From assembly GCA_905216045.1 (NCBI GenBank), contig CAJMSL010000001.1:1-51814 (forward strand): DNA of 51,814 nt. The letters run 5' to 3'. The notes beneath the pieces were generated by a model. The model did no database searches. It was not told the DNA's origin and saw only the letters and a list, made by a program, of their open reading frames with translations. A program made the position numbers and the translations under genes. This stretch comes from an uncultured bacterium (GTDB taxonomy: Bacteria; Actinomycetota; Coriobacteriia; Coriobacteriales; Coriobacteriaceae). Of the stretch, positions 19,931-27,604 are shown piece after piece. How positions within the stretch are numbered: position 1 is the stretch's first letter; every line of letters begins with the position of its first letter.

Positions 19931-20096
19931 CGACGCAGGTAGAGAATGGACAGCGAGCGACGTCCAGGACGAACAAGTTGGCATGAAAAAGGCGAGGCAT
20001 AGACCTTCTGGTCATGCCTCGCCTTTTGAATGCCAAATTGTCGTCCTGGGCGGCGCGCAGCGTCAACTGGTTACGCGGTTCGTAGAACCGCGTAAC
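19931..20096. repeat. Structured intergenic element A, copy 2
   Basis: CGCAGGTAGAGAATGGACAGCGAGCG + long hairpin with GACC-TTCT-GGTC apex + GCAGCGTC + GTTACGCGGTTC/GAACCGCGTAAC. Confidence 0.88.
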
Positions 20097-20099
20097 CCC

Positions 20100-20657
20100 C
20101 TAGCTCAGCATTGCATCCATCATCTCGGAGTTGACGGAGTCGTCGGCAGACCACTCGCCGTCGTCGTTGCAGGTGTACTTGAAGATAACCGTGGTCTTCC
20201 TGGGCTCGGTGGCCTTGGTCACATCGACCATAACCTGACCGGCCATCTTGTACAGCTCGTCATCGGAAGGAACCGTGTCAAGCGCGGCGACCTTCTCCTG
20301 ATACTGGGTGGAGAAGTCCTCGACGATCTTGTTCATAGACTTGCAGGTGATAGAGACCTCGGCGGTCGCGACACCCTTGTCCTCGTCGACCGTCACGTCG
20401 CCGATCTTGTAGTCAAAGCCCTCGAGATAGGTCTTGGCATACTCCTTGGGATCGATACCCAGCTGCTCGAACTCGTCGCCCGAAGCTTCCTCCAGACCAG
20501 AAAGGAAGTCGTCGCCACCGTTCTTGACCTCGTCAAACTGAGTCGTAAGATCCTCGGTGATGAGCTCCTCAACCGAAGGACCTCCACAGCCGGAAAGCAC
20601 GACCACACATGCAACCAAGACGGCCATGAGGGGTGCAAGCAGCAGCTTCTTTTTCAT
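20100..20657 (-). CDS. Lipoprotein of unknown function
   Basis: MKKK + hydrophobic signal + LSGC lipobox; acidic mature domain; GGGAGG RBS. Confidence 0.85.
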   Translation of the reverse strand: MKKKLLLAPLMAVLVACVVVLSGCGGPSVEELITEDLTTQFDEVKNGGDDFLSGLEEASGDEFEQLGIDPKEYAKTYLEGFDYKIGDVTVDEDKGVATAEVSITCKSMNKIVEDFSTQYQEKVAALDTVPSDDELYKMAGQVMVDVTKATEPRKTTVIFKYTCNDDGEWSADDSVNSEMMDAMLS

Positions 20658-20838
20658 GTTGTTCCTCCCAATGAGCGGCACTGCGCTTCCCAGACGCGGC
20701 GCACGTTGTAATAAGTAAGCCCATACTATCCGCTTATGAACACCCTCGGCAACGCGAAGGCACGGTCGGTTCGTTTTAGCGTCCGAACGGTTTGCAAGCC
20801 CGCCCAACGTGCAATAAAACGCTTTCCCGCGGTGCAAT

Positions 20839-20870
20839 AAAAAAGGTGGCCGGAAAACCCGACCACCCTT
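20839..20870 (-). terminator. Intrinsic terminator after PTS IIA gene
   Basis: Minus strand GGTGGTCGG/CCGGCCACC + T6. Confidence 0.75.
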
Positions 20871-20893
20871 GCACATCCTTTGGATGCCGCAAT

Positions 20894-21430
20894 TTACTTG
20901 CGGACGACCTTAACGATGGCGTCACCGGCGGCGACAGCGGAGTCGGCCTCGACGGCGAGTTCGACATCGGCAAACTCGGCGGTGTTGGACACGGCCACGA
21001 CGACGCAGTCCTTGTAACCGGCAGCAGCGATCTTGGCACGGTCGATCTTGAGAATGGGCTGGCCGGCCTTCACGACGTCGTCGGCCTTGACGAAGCCCTC
21101 GAAGCCGTCGCCGTTCATGTTGACGGTATCGACGCCAACGTGCACCAGAACCTCGATGCCGCTATCGGACTGCAAGCCCACGGCGTGACCCATGGTGACG
21201 GTCACCTTACCGTCGCAGGGAGCGTAGACCAGATCGTCCTCGGGCCACACGGCACAGCCCTTGCCCAGAACCTCGCCACCAAAGACGGGATCGGGCACGT
21301 CAGCCATCTTGATGACCTTGCCCTTGACGGGCGAGCACAGCACGTCGGCGCCAGCAGAAGCAGAGATAGAGGCCGGAGCAGCGGCAGCCGCGGGCTCAGC
21401 CTTCTTCTTGAACATGTCAAACAGACCCAT
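20894..21430 (-). CDS. PTS glucose-family EIIA component (standalone)
   Basis: MGLF..F amphipathic N-terminus, VPDPVF, G.EVLVHVGVDTV.M.G.GF. Confidence 0.93.
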   Translation of the reverse strand: MGLFDMFKKKAEPAAAAAPASISASAGADVLCSPVKGKVIKMADVPDPVFGGEVLGKGCAVWPEDDLVYAPCDGKVTVTMGHAVGLQSDSGIEVLVHVGVDTVNMNGDGFEGFVKADDVVKAGQPILKIDRAKIAAAGYKDCVVVAVSNTAEFADVELAVEADSAVAAGDAIVKVVRK

Positions 21431-21704
21431 ACGTTTTCTCCTCTTGATTAAGCGCAACGTTGTGCGCATGCCTACGGTAATTATAGTGCCAAATGGTTCA
21501 AATGCTAAGGTGGGGACTCGAATCGCGAGCCCTTCCCGGTAGCGCTCGTGGAATGGAGCGTCTCCTTTGCATCGCGGATCGATAAGCCGAGTATCGCCCG
21601 CGCACGGGACGGGCAGAAGCGGGCGCGTCAAACCCGGCACTTCTTTTCGCTCTCGAGTCCTGTCGCCGCCTTGTCCCTAACACTTCCTGACACCGACCGA
21701 AGCG

Positions 21705-21734
21705 TGCCAAAATAAACCTGTCCTTTTTGGTAGG
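21705..21734. repeat. REP-like hairpin (same family as 13610-13689)
   Basis: TGCCAAAATAAACCTGTCCTTTTTGGTAGG. Confidence 0.7.
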
Positions 21735-21766
21735 TTTGGCGAGTGTGGATTTTTGGACGCTTAACT

Positions 21767-21836
21767 AGCGAACGTGGATAATCTCCTACTTTGAGGCCGT
21801 CACCGAGCCAAAAACGGGAGATTATCCGCTCTCATT
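21767..21836. repeat. 70-bp palindromic direct repeat, left of fic
   Basis: AGCGAACGTGGATAATCTCC..GCCAAAAACGGGAGATTATCC..CTCATT; near copy at 23207. Confidence 0.88.
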
Positions 21837-21881
21837 TTGGATAACCCCCCCCCTTGTACCAAGCCGAGCTCCATGGTCAAG

Positions 21882-21981
21882 TAATAACGACTTCTCATCA
21901 TTAGATTGTTTACATCAATTCTAATAACTATTTAATCCTTAAACTCGTTATTAGAATTGATATGATTAGCCTAATAACGAG
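21882..21981. promoter_or_regulatory. AT-rich fic promoter with repeated TAATAAC boxes
   Basis: TAATAAC at ~21882, 21922, 21972 and inverted at 21947; perfect 15-bp inverted repeat ATCAATTCTAATAAC/GTTATTAGAATTGAT. Confidence 0.6.
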
Positions 21982-22010
21982 TTTCCGGCACTAAAGATAT
22001 GGAGGGCGCG

Positions 22011-23183
22011 ATGCAAATCGAGGAGAACGGCCAGGGAACGCTCCGCAATAATCTATCGGGGAAATTGGCTTACTATTCGTTTTTTCCAACGCCCTTGCAA
22101 TCATTGAGGCAGCTAAACCTCACCGAGGAAACCTATCGCACGCTTTCCGCATGCTCACGAAAGCTTGGAGAGCTTGAAGGCATGCTCTACTTTGTTCCCA
22201 ACGCCGACATGTATCTGACAATGTACGTGCGCAAAGAAGCACTCCTTTCTTCGCAAATTGAGGGAACCCAGTGCACGTTTGACGACCTACTTAGTCCATC
22301 GCAAACACAACTCCATCATAAAGATGTCGCAGACGTCGTGAATTACGTCCGTGCTGTCGACCGCGGCGTAGAACTGCTCAAAAAGATGCCCTTGTGCACG
22401 AGACTTCTTAGGCAAGTTCATGCGGTCCTGCTGGACGGAGTGCGCGGAACGGAGAAGAATCCAGGCGAGCTGCGCTCCTCACAAAACTGGATTGGCCCCT
22501 CAGGCTGCACCATTGCAACCGCATCGTTTGTCCCTCCAAACATTGAAGATTTGAGTAACACGCTCCAGGACCTCGAACGCTTTATCAATGAGCCTCAAGT
22601 CGAAATGGATCCGATTGTGCGGGCGGCGCTCGTCCATTACCAATTTGAAACTGCCCATCCATTCCTAGACGGAAACGGTCGCCTGGGCAGGCTTCTCATT
22701 ACACTTATGCTCATCAATGATGGCGTTCTTCATTCTTGCTTGTTCTATCCATCGTTCCAGTTCAAGAAAAATCGAAGCGAGTACTACCGGCAACTCACAT
22801 CCGTAAGGGAGAGAGGCACTTACGAGGAATGGATAGAGTTTTTCTGCAACAGTCTTCTCGAGAGTGCGAAGGACTCGGTAGGGTCTTTAAAAAACCTTGA
22901 TGACCTCCATAACCGTTCCACAGCAACCATTACCGAAAATCTCGGAAGGACTGCTGCAAACGGGCAAAGGCTGTTGGGCATTCTTGAAGAGCACCCCATC
23001 GTCGACACCGCATTCATCGCTGCCCAACTCGATATCGGCAGGAGTACCGCGAGCTCGCTCGTCAAATCATTTGAAGAATTGGGTATCCTCCGTCCGCTCG
23101 ACGAGTCAAGACAGAGATACCGGCAGTACGGGTATGAAGAGTATCTTTCGATTCTCAGGGAAGACGCCGAGCCGATTAGATAG
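22011..23183 (+). CDS. Fic-family protein (class II, C-terminal HTH)
   Basis: HPFLDGNGRLGR catalytic motif, SSQIEG inhibitory motif; codons visibly more AT-rich than neighbours. Confidence 0.93.
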   Translation: MQIEENGQGTLRNNLSGKLAYYSFFPTPLQSLRQLNLTEETYRTLSACSRKLGELEGMLYFVPNADMYLTMYVRKEALLSSQIEGTQCTFDDLLSPSQTQLHHKDVADVVNYVRAVDRGVELLKKMPLCTRLLRQVHAVLLDGVRGTEKNPGELRSSQNWIGPSGCTIATASFVPPNIEDLSNTLQDLERFINEPQVEMDPIVRAALVHYQFETAHPFLDGNGRLGRLLITLMLINDGVLHSCLFYPSFQFKKNRSEYYRQLTSVRERGTYEEWIEFFCNSLLESAKDSVGSLKNLDDLHNRSTATITENLGRTAANGQRLLGILEEHPIVDTAFIAAQLDIGRSTASSLVKSFEELGILRPLDESRQRYRQYGYEEYLSILREDAEPIR

Positions 23184-23206
23184 GCATCGCAGCCCAGGCA
23201 AATTAA

Positions 23207-23276
23207 AGCGAGCGTGGATAATCTCCCACTTTGAGCCCGCACACAGGCCAAAAACGGGAGATTATCCACGCTCATT
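23207..23276. repeat. 70-bp palindromic direct repeat, right of fic
   Basis: AGCGAGCGTGGATAATCTCCC..GGGAGATTATCCACGCTCATT. Confidence 0.88.
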
Positions 23277-23282
23277 CCTGAG

Positions 23283-23311
23283 TAGTCATTTATGAACGTC
23301 CCCAATGACTA
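23283..23311. repeat. GTCCCC-loop hairpin
   Basis: TAGTCATT-TATGAACGTCCCC-AATGACTA. Confidence 0.8.
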
Positions 23312-23369
23312 GTCCGGCAACGCCGATGTTTCGGCAACGACAGCGAGCGAGCCGCATTCGGAGCAAGAC

Positions 23370-23537
23370 GACGCCGCAGGTAGAGAACGGACAGCGAGCG
23401 GGTCGCATTTGAGGCAAGGTGACGTGAAACGAAAGGGCGCTGACCTTCTGGTCGCGCCCTTGAAGTTGAACGTCAGATTGTCCAAATGCGGCCCGCGCAG
23501 CGTCGAGCAGTTACGGCGTTTGGTAAAACGCCGTAAC
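23370..23537. repeat. Structured intergenic element A, copy 3
   Basis: CGCAGGTAGAGAACGGACAGCGAGCG + long hairpin with GACC-TTCT-GGTC apex + GCAGCGTC + GTTACGGCGTTT/AAACGCCGTAAC. Confidence 0.88.
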
Positions 23538-24217
23538 TAACGTGCTCCGTACTTCTCGTAGTAGGCGTCGATGGCAGTCTTGAGCTCGTCGTCGATGACA
23601 ACCTTGCCGTCGATCTCGTGGTTGTAGAGGGTCTCGACGACCTCGGCCATGGAGACGATGCTCGCGACGGGGAAACCGTACTTGGCCTCGATCTCCTTCT
23701 GAGCGGTGGTCACACCGCCCTTGCCGACCTCCATGCGGTTGAGGGACACGATCAGGCCCTTGATCTCGACATCGGCAGCAGCCTTGACCTTAGGATAGGT
23801 CTCGTCGATGGACTTGCCGCTGGTGGTGACGTCCTCGACCATGACCACACGGTCGCCGTCCTTGGGCTCATAACCCAGCAGGTTGCCCTTATCGGCACCG
23901 TGGTCCTTGGCCTCCTTGCGGTCGCAGCAGTACTTGACCTCCTTGCCGTACAGCTCGTGGTAGGCAATTGCGGTCACGACGGCCAGCGGAATGCCCTTGT
24001 AGGCCGGTCCAAACAGCACATCAAAGTCGTCGCCGAAGTTATCGTGGATGGCTTGGGCGTAATACTCGCCCAGCTTCTTGAGCTGATAGCCCGTCACGTA
24101 AGCGCCGGCGTTCATAAAGAACGGGGACTGACGGCCGCTCTTGAGCGTAAAGCTGCCGAACTTAAGGACGTCGGACTCGACCATAAACTTGATGAACTCT
24201 TGCTTGTAAGCCTCCAT
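23537..24217 (-). CDS. pyrE: Orotate phosphoribosyltransferase
   Basis: FGSFTLKSGRQSP.F.N, GPAYKGIP, RKEAKDHG, VEDVTTSG. Confidence 0.97.
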   Translation of the reverse strand: MEAYKQEFIKFMVESDVLKFGSFTLKSGRQSPFFMNAGAYVTGYQLKKLGEYYAQAIHDNFGDDFDVLFGPAYKGIPLAVVTAIAYHELYGKEVKYCCDRKEAKDHGADKGNLLGYEPKDGDRVVMVEDVTTSGKSIDETYPKVKAAADVEIKGLIVSLNRMEVGKGGVTTAQKEIEAKYGFPVASIVSMAEVVETLYNHEIDGKVVIDDELKTAIDAYYEKYGAR

Positions 24218-24347
24218 GCGGGCTCCTCTCGTAATCGCGTACGTGCCTTCCAGTTTAGCGCAGGCGAAGCGTAGATGCGGGCGCGCTTTGGGGCCACGGC
24301 ATTCTGTAAAGGCTTTGTCAGGGGGAATGGTTTTCCGAACAATGGGG

Positions 24348-24376
24348 TTGACATGTCAAACCCCCTCATCAAGAAT
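24348..24376 (+). promoter_or_regulatory. Putative sigma70 promoter of mgtA leader
   Basis: TTGACA-N17-AAGAAT, embedded in GGGGTTGACATGTCAAACCCC palindrome. Confidence 0.5.
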
Positions 24377-24443
24377 ACGGGCGGATTAAAAAGGGGTACG
24401 AGATACCCAAAGCGCGCTGCGCTCAGCCTTTAGGAGGTGTGCC

Positions 24444-24515
24444 ATGGAAGGCAGTCCTAGTCGAAAAACCTGCATGTCGCCCTCGGCGCGCCGCGAGGAC
24501 TCCGCACACGCATAA
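24444..24515 (+). CDS. Putative 23-aa leader peptide of mgtA
   Basis: AGGAGG-N6-ATG; MEGSPSRKTCMSPSARREDSAHA*. Confidence 0.5.
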   Translation: MEGSPSRKTCMSPSARREDSAHA

Positions 24516-24654
24516 ACGCCACCGGCAGATCGCCAAAACCACCGCAAAGGCGCGCTGCACCCTTTGTGGGCTCAAGAGCTTGACGTGAGCGACATCTAGG
24601 TTTTTTGAAGCAAATACGACACGTACGCTAACTCCCCTCAACAAGGAGGACCCT

Positions 24655-27423
24655 ATGCTGATGCTCAAAACCGTCACGGTACTCGAAGCCATCTCCAAGC
24701 GCCGCCGCACGGCGCGCCCTGCCGCTCATACCGGCCTGTCCAAGAACACCATATTCGCCGCCACCCATAGTGCCGAGGACGCCCTCGTACTGCTTGACGC
24801 CACGGCAAACGGCCTCACCGTCGAGCAGGCAACTGAGCGCCTGAACGCCGTCGGCCCCAACACCATCGAGGCAACGACCAAAACGCTCGCCCGCCGCATC
24901 GCCGACGCGTTCATCGATCCCTTCGCCGGCATCCTCGCCGCGCTCGCGCTGGTCTCGCTCTACATCGACGTGCTCGCCGTACCCGAGCCGCAGCGCGACC
25001 CCTCCACGGTCATCGTCATCGGCATCATGCTGCTGGTATCGGGCGGTATGAAGTTTATCCAGGAAGCCCGCAGCGGCAATGCGGCCGAGGCCCTCAAGGA
25101 CCTGGTCTCCAACACTTGCACCGCCCTGCGCGACGGCGAGCGCATCGAGATCCCCTTCGACGAGCTCGTCCCCGGCGATGTAATCCGTCTCTCTGCCGGC
25201 GATATGGTGCCGGCAGATGCCCGCATCATCACCGCGCGCGACCTGTTTGTGATCGAGTCCGCACTCACCGGCGAGAGCGAGGCCGTCGAGAAGACCACCG
25301 CCGTCACCGTCGTCGAGGGCGCCGACGGCTCCGCACTGCCACTCTCTGCCTGCAAGAACATCGTCTTTACCGGCACCTCCGTGCAAAACGGCGCCGCCAT
25401 GGCGCTTGTCGTTGCCACCGGCTCGGACACCTACCTGGGCGGCATCGCCAAGATGCTCAACGGGCGCGGCGAAAAAAGCGCGTTTGACCGCGGCGTCTCG
25501 AGCGTCTCCATGCTGCTGGTGCGCCTGATGCTCGTTATGGCGCCGGCCGTCTTTGCCATCAACGCCGCCACCAAGGGCAACGTCATCGACGCGCTGCTGT
25601 TCGCCACGAGCGTGGCCGTGGGCATCACGCCGCAGATGCTTCCCGTCATCGTGACCACGAGCCTGTCGCAGGGCGCCAAGGACCTCGCCCGTCGCCAGGT
25701 TATCGTCAAGGAGCTGCCGGCGATTCAAAACCTCGGAGCGATGGACGTCCTGTGCTGCGACAAGACCGGCACCCTCACCGAAGACCGCATCGTGCTCGAG
25801 CGCTACCTCAACACCGATGGCAACGAGGACGCGCGCGTGCTGCGCCATGCGTTTTTGAATAGCTTCTTCCAAACCGGCCTCAAAAACCTTATCGACCTGG
25901 CCGTAATCGACCGTGCCGATGTGACGCCCTCGACCGTCGTGCCCGATTCTATGCTGGACCAGAGTCTGCGCGACCGCTATACCAAGGTCGACGAGGTTCC
26001 CTTCGATTTCTCGCGCCGTCGCCTGAGCGTAGTTGTCGCCGACGCCCAAGGCAAAACCCAGATGGTTACCAAGGGCGCTGCCGAGGAAATGTTCGAGATC
26101 TGCTCCTTTGTCGAGATCGATGGCATCGCTCAGCCGCTCACCGACGAGAAGCTCGCCCAGATTCGCAAGCAGATCGCCGGACTTAACGCCGAGGGCCTAC
26201 GCGTAATTGCCGTGGCGCAGAAGACCAATCCGCGCTGCGTGGGCGAGTTTGGTATCGCCGACGAGTGCGACATGGTGCTGATGGGCTTTTTGGCCTTCCT
26301 CGATCCGCCCAAAGCAAGTGCCGCGGGCGCCGTCGCCACCCTCGAGGCCAAGGGCGTGGCGGTCAAGGTCCTAACCGGCGACAACGACCGCGTCGCCGCC
26401 ACCGTCTGCGAGCAGATTGGTATCGATGCGAGCAACGTCTTGCTCGGCTCCGAGATCGATGCGCTCGATGACGCCGAACTTGCCGAGCGCGCCGAGAAAA
26501 CCCACCTCTTCGCCAAGCTCTCGCCGCTGCAGAAGGCGCGCCTGGTACGTGTCATGCGCGAGATGCTCGGCCACACCGTGGGCTTTATGGGCGACGGCAT
26601 CAACGACGCCGCCGCCATGCGTGCGAGCGATTGCGGCATCTCGGTCGATTCGGCCGTCGATATTGCCAAGGAATCCGCCGATATCATCTTGCTTCAGAAG
26701 GACCTGGGCGTGCTCGAGCGCGGCATCATCGAAGGCCGCCGCACTTACGGCAACCTGCTCAAGTACCTCAAGACCACGGTGAGCTCCAACTTTGGCAATG
26801 TGCTGTCCGTGACCGTCGCGAGCCTGTTCTTGCCGTTTTTGCCCATGAGCGCCCTGCAGCTGGTACTGCTGTCGCTGGTCTACGAGATCGTGTGCATCGC
26901 ACTGCCGTGGGACACCGTCGATGACGCCTGGACTGCCCGCCCGCGTGCCTGGGACGCCGCATCCATCAAGGGCTTTATGCTCGAGCTGGGCCCCGTGAGC
27001 TCGCTGTTTGACATCGTGACCTTCGCCGCGCTCTTCTTTGTCGTGTGCCCCGCCGCCGTGGACGCAAGCTGGTCCGAGCTTGCCGCCGCGGGCGACGTCG
27101 CGGGTATGGCGACCTTTGCTGCGCTCTTCCAGAGCGGCTGGTTTGTCGAGTCCATGTGGTCGCAGACACTCGTGGTCCACATGTTGCGCTCCCCGCATCT
27201 GCCGAGCCCGCGCGACCACGCCGCGCCCGCATTGTGCGTTCTTACCGTGCTGGGCCTGGCGCTCGTCACCTGGCTGCCGGCAAGCCCCATCGCCGATGCG
27301 CTCGGCCTCATGCCGCTGCCCACGAGCTTTTTTGGGCTGCTCATTGGCATCGTTACCGCCTATATCGCGCTCACCCAGCTGGCGAAGCGCCGCTACATTG
27401 CCCGCCACGGCGAGCTGCTGTAG
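24655..27423 (+). CDS. mgtA: Mg2+-transporting-type P-type ATPase (P3B)
   Basis: TGES, DKTGTLT, NS.FQTGLKNLID.A, PFDF.RRR.SV, TGDN, GDGINDA, FQSGWFVES. Confidence 0.92.
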   Translation: MLMLKTVTVLEAISKRRRTARPAAHTGLSKNTIFAATHSAEDALVLLDATANGLTVEQATERLNAVGPNTIEATTKTLARRIADAFIDPFAGILAALALVSLYIDVLAVPEPQRDPSTVIVIGIMLLVSGGMKFIQEARSGNAAEALKDLVSNTCTALRDGERIEIPFDELVPGDVIRLSAGDMVPADARIITARDLFVIESALTGESEAVEKTTAVTVVEGADGSALPLSACKNIVFTGTSVQNGAAMALVVATGSDTYLGGIAKMLNGRGEKSAFDRGVSSVSMLLVRLMLVMAPAVFAINAATKGNVIDALLFATSVAVGITPQMLPVIVTTSLSQGAKDLARRQVIVKELPAIQNLGAMDVLCCDKTGTLTEDRIVLERYLNTDGNEDARVLRHAFLNSFFQTGLKNLIDLAVIDRADVTPSTVVPDSMLDQSLRDRYTKVDEVPFDFSRRRLSVVVADAQGKTQMVTKGAAEEMFEICSFVEIDGIAQPLTDEKLAQIRKQIAGLNAEGLRVIAVAQKTNPRCVGEFGIADECDMVLMGFLAFLDPPKASAAGAVATLEAKGVAVKVLTGDNDRVAATVCEQIGIDASNVLLGSEIDALDDAELAERAEKTHLFAKLSPLQKARLVRVMREMLGHTVGFMGDGINDAAAMRASDCGISVDSAVDIAKESADIILLQKDLGVLERGIIEGRRTYGNLLKYLKTTVSSNFGNVLSVTVASLFLPFLPMSALQLVLLSLVYEIVCIALPWDTVDDAWTARPRAWDAASIKGFMLELGPVSSLFDIVTFAALFFVVCPAAVDASWSELAAAGDVAGMATFAALFQSGWFVESMWSQTLVVHMLRSPHLPSPRDHAAPALCVLTVLGLALVTWLPASPIADALGLMPLPTSFFGLLIGIVTAYIALTQLAKRRYIARHGELL

Positions 27424-27523
27424 CAAGTAGACGGAAAACACCCTGCCAGCTGCCGTTGCCACTACCACAGCTGCCAACGCCGCTGCCGTTGCCTCTGCCG
27501 CCGCCGCAGTCTATCCCCCCAGC

Positions 27524-27590
27524 AGTTGCGGTGAAATAGTTCCTGTTTAAAGCCCCGTGACTTTAATTTAGGGACTATTCCACCGCAACT
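27524..27590. repeat. Intergenic palindrome between convergent mgtA and luxR-family gene
   Basis: AGTTGCGGTGAAATAGTTCCT / AGGGACTATTCCACCGCAACT, 21-bp arms with 2 mismatches. Confidence 0.7.
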
Positions 27591-27604
27591 TATTGGAGGA
27601 TTAG

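Noticed and set aside
19931..20096. Element A as a canonical integron attC site
   Set aside because: Ends are GTTAC..GTAAC rather than RYYYAAC..GTTRRRY, it follows housekeeping genes, and no integrase is present; only the structural logic is analogous.
24218..24340. PyrR attenuator upstream of pyrE
   Set aside because: No PyrR binding loop or terminator seen.
24380..24650. M-box (ykoK) riboswitch before mgtA
   Set aside because: Could not recognise its conserved core by eye; an Rfam scan would settle it.
27443..27507. CTGCCG-like hexamer run after mgtA
   Set aside because: Degenerate low-complexity tract with no RBS/ORF support or clear function.
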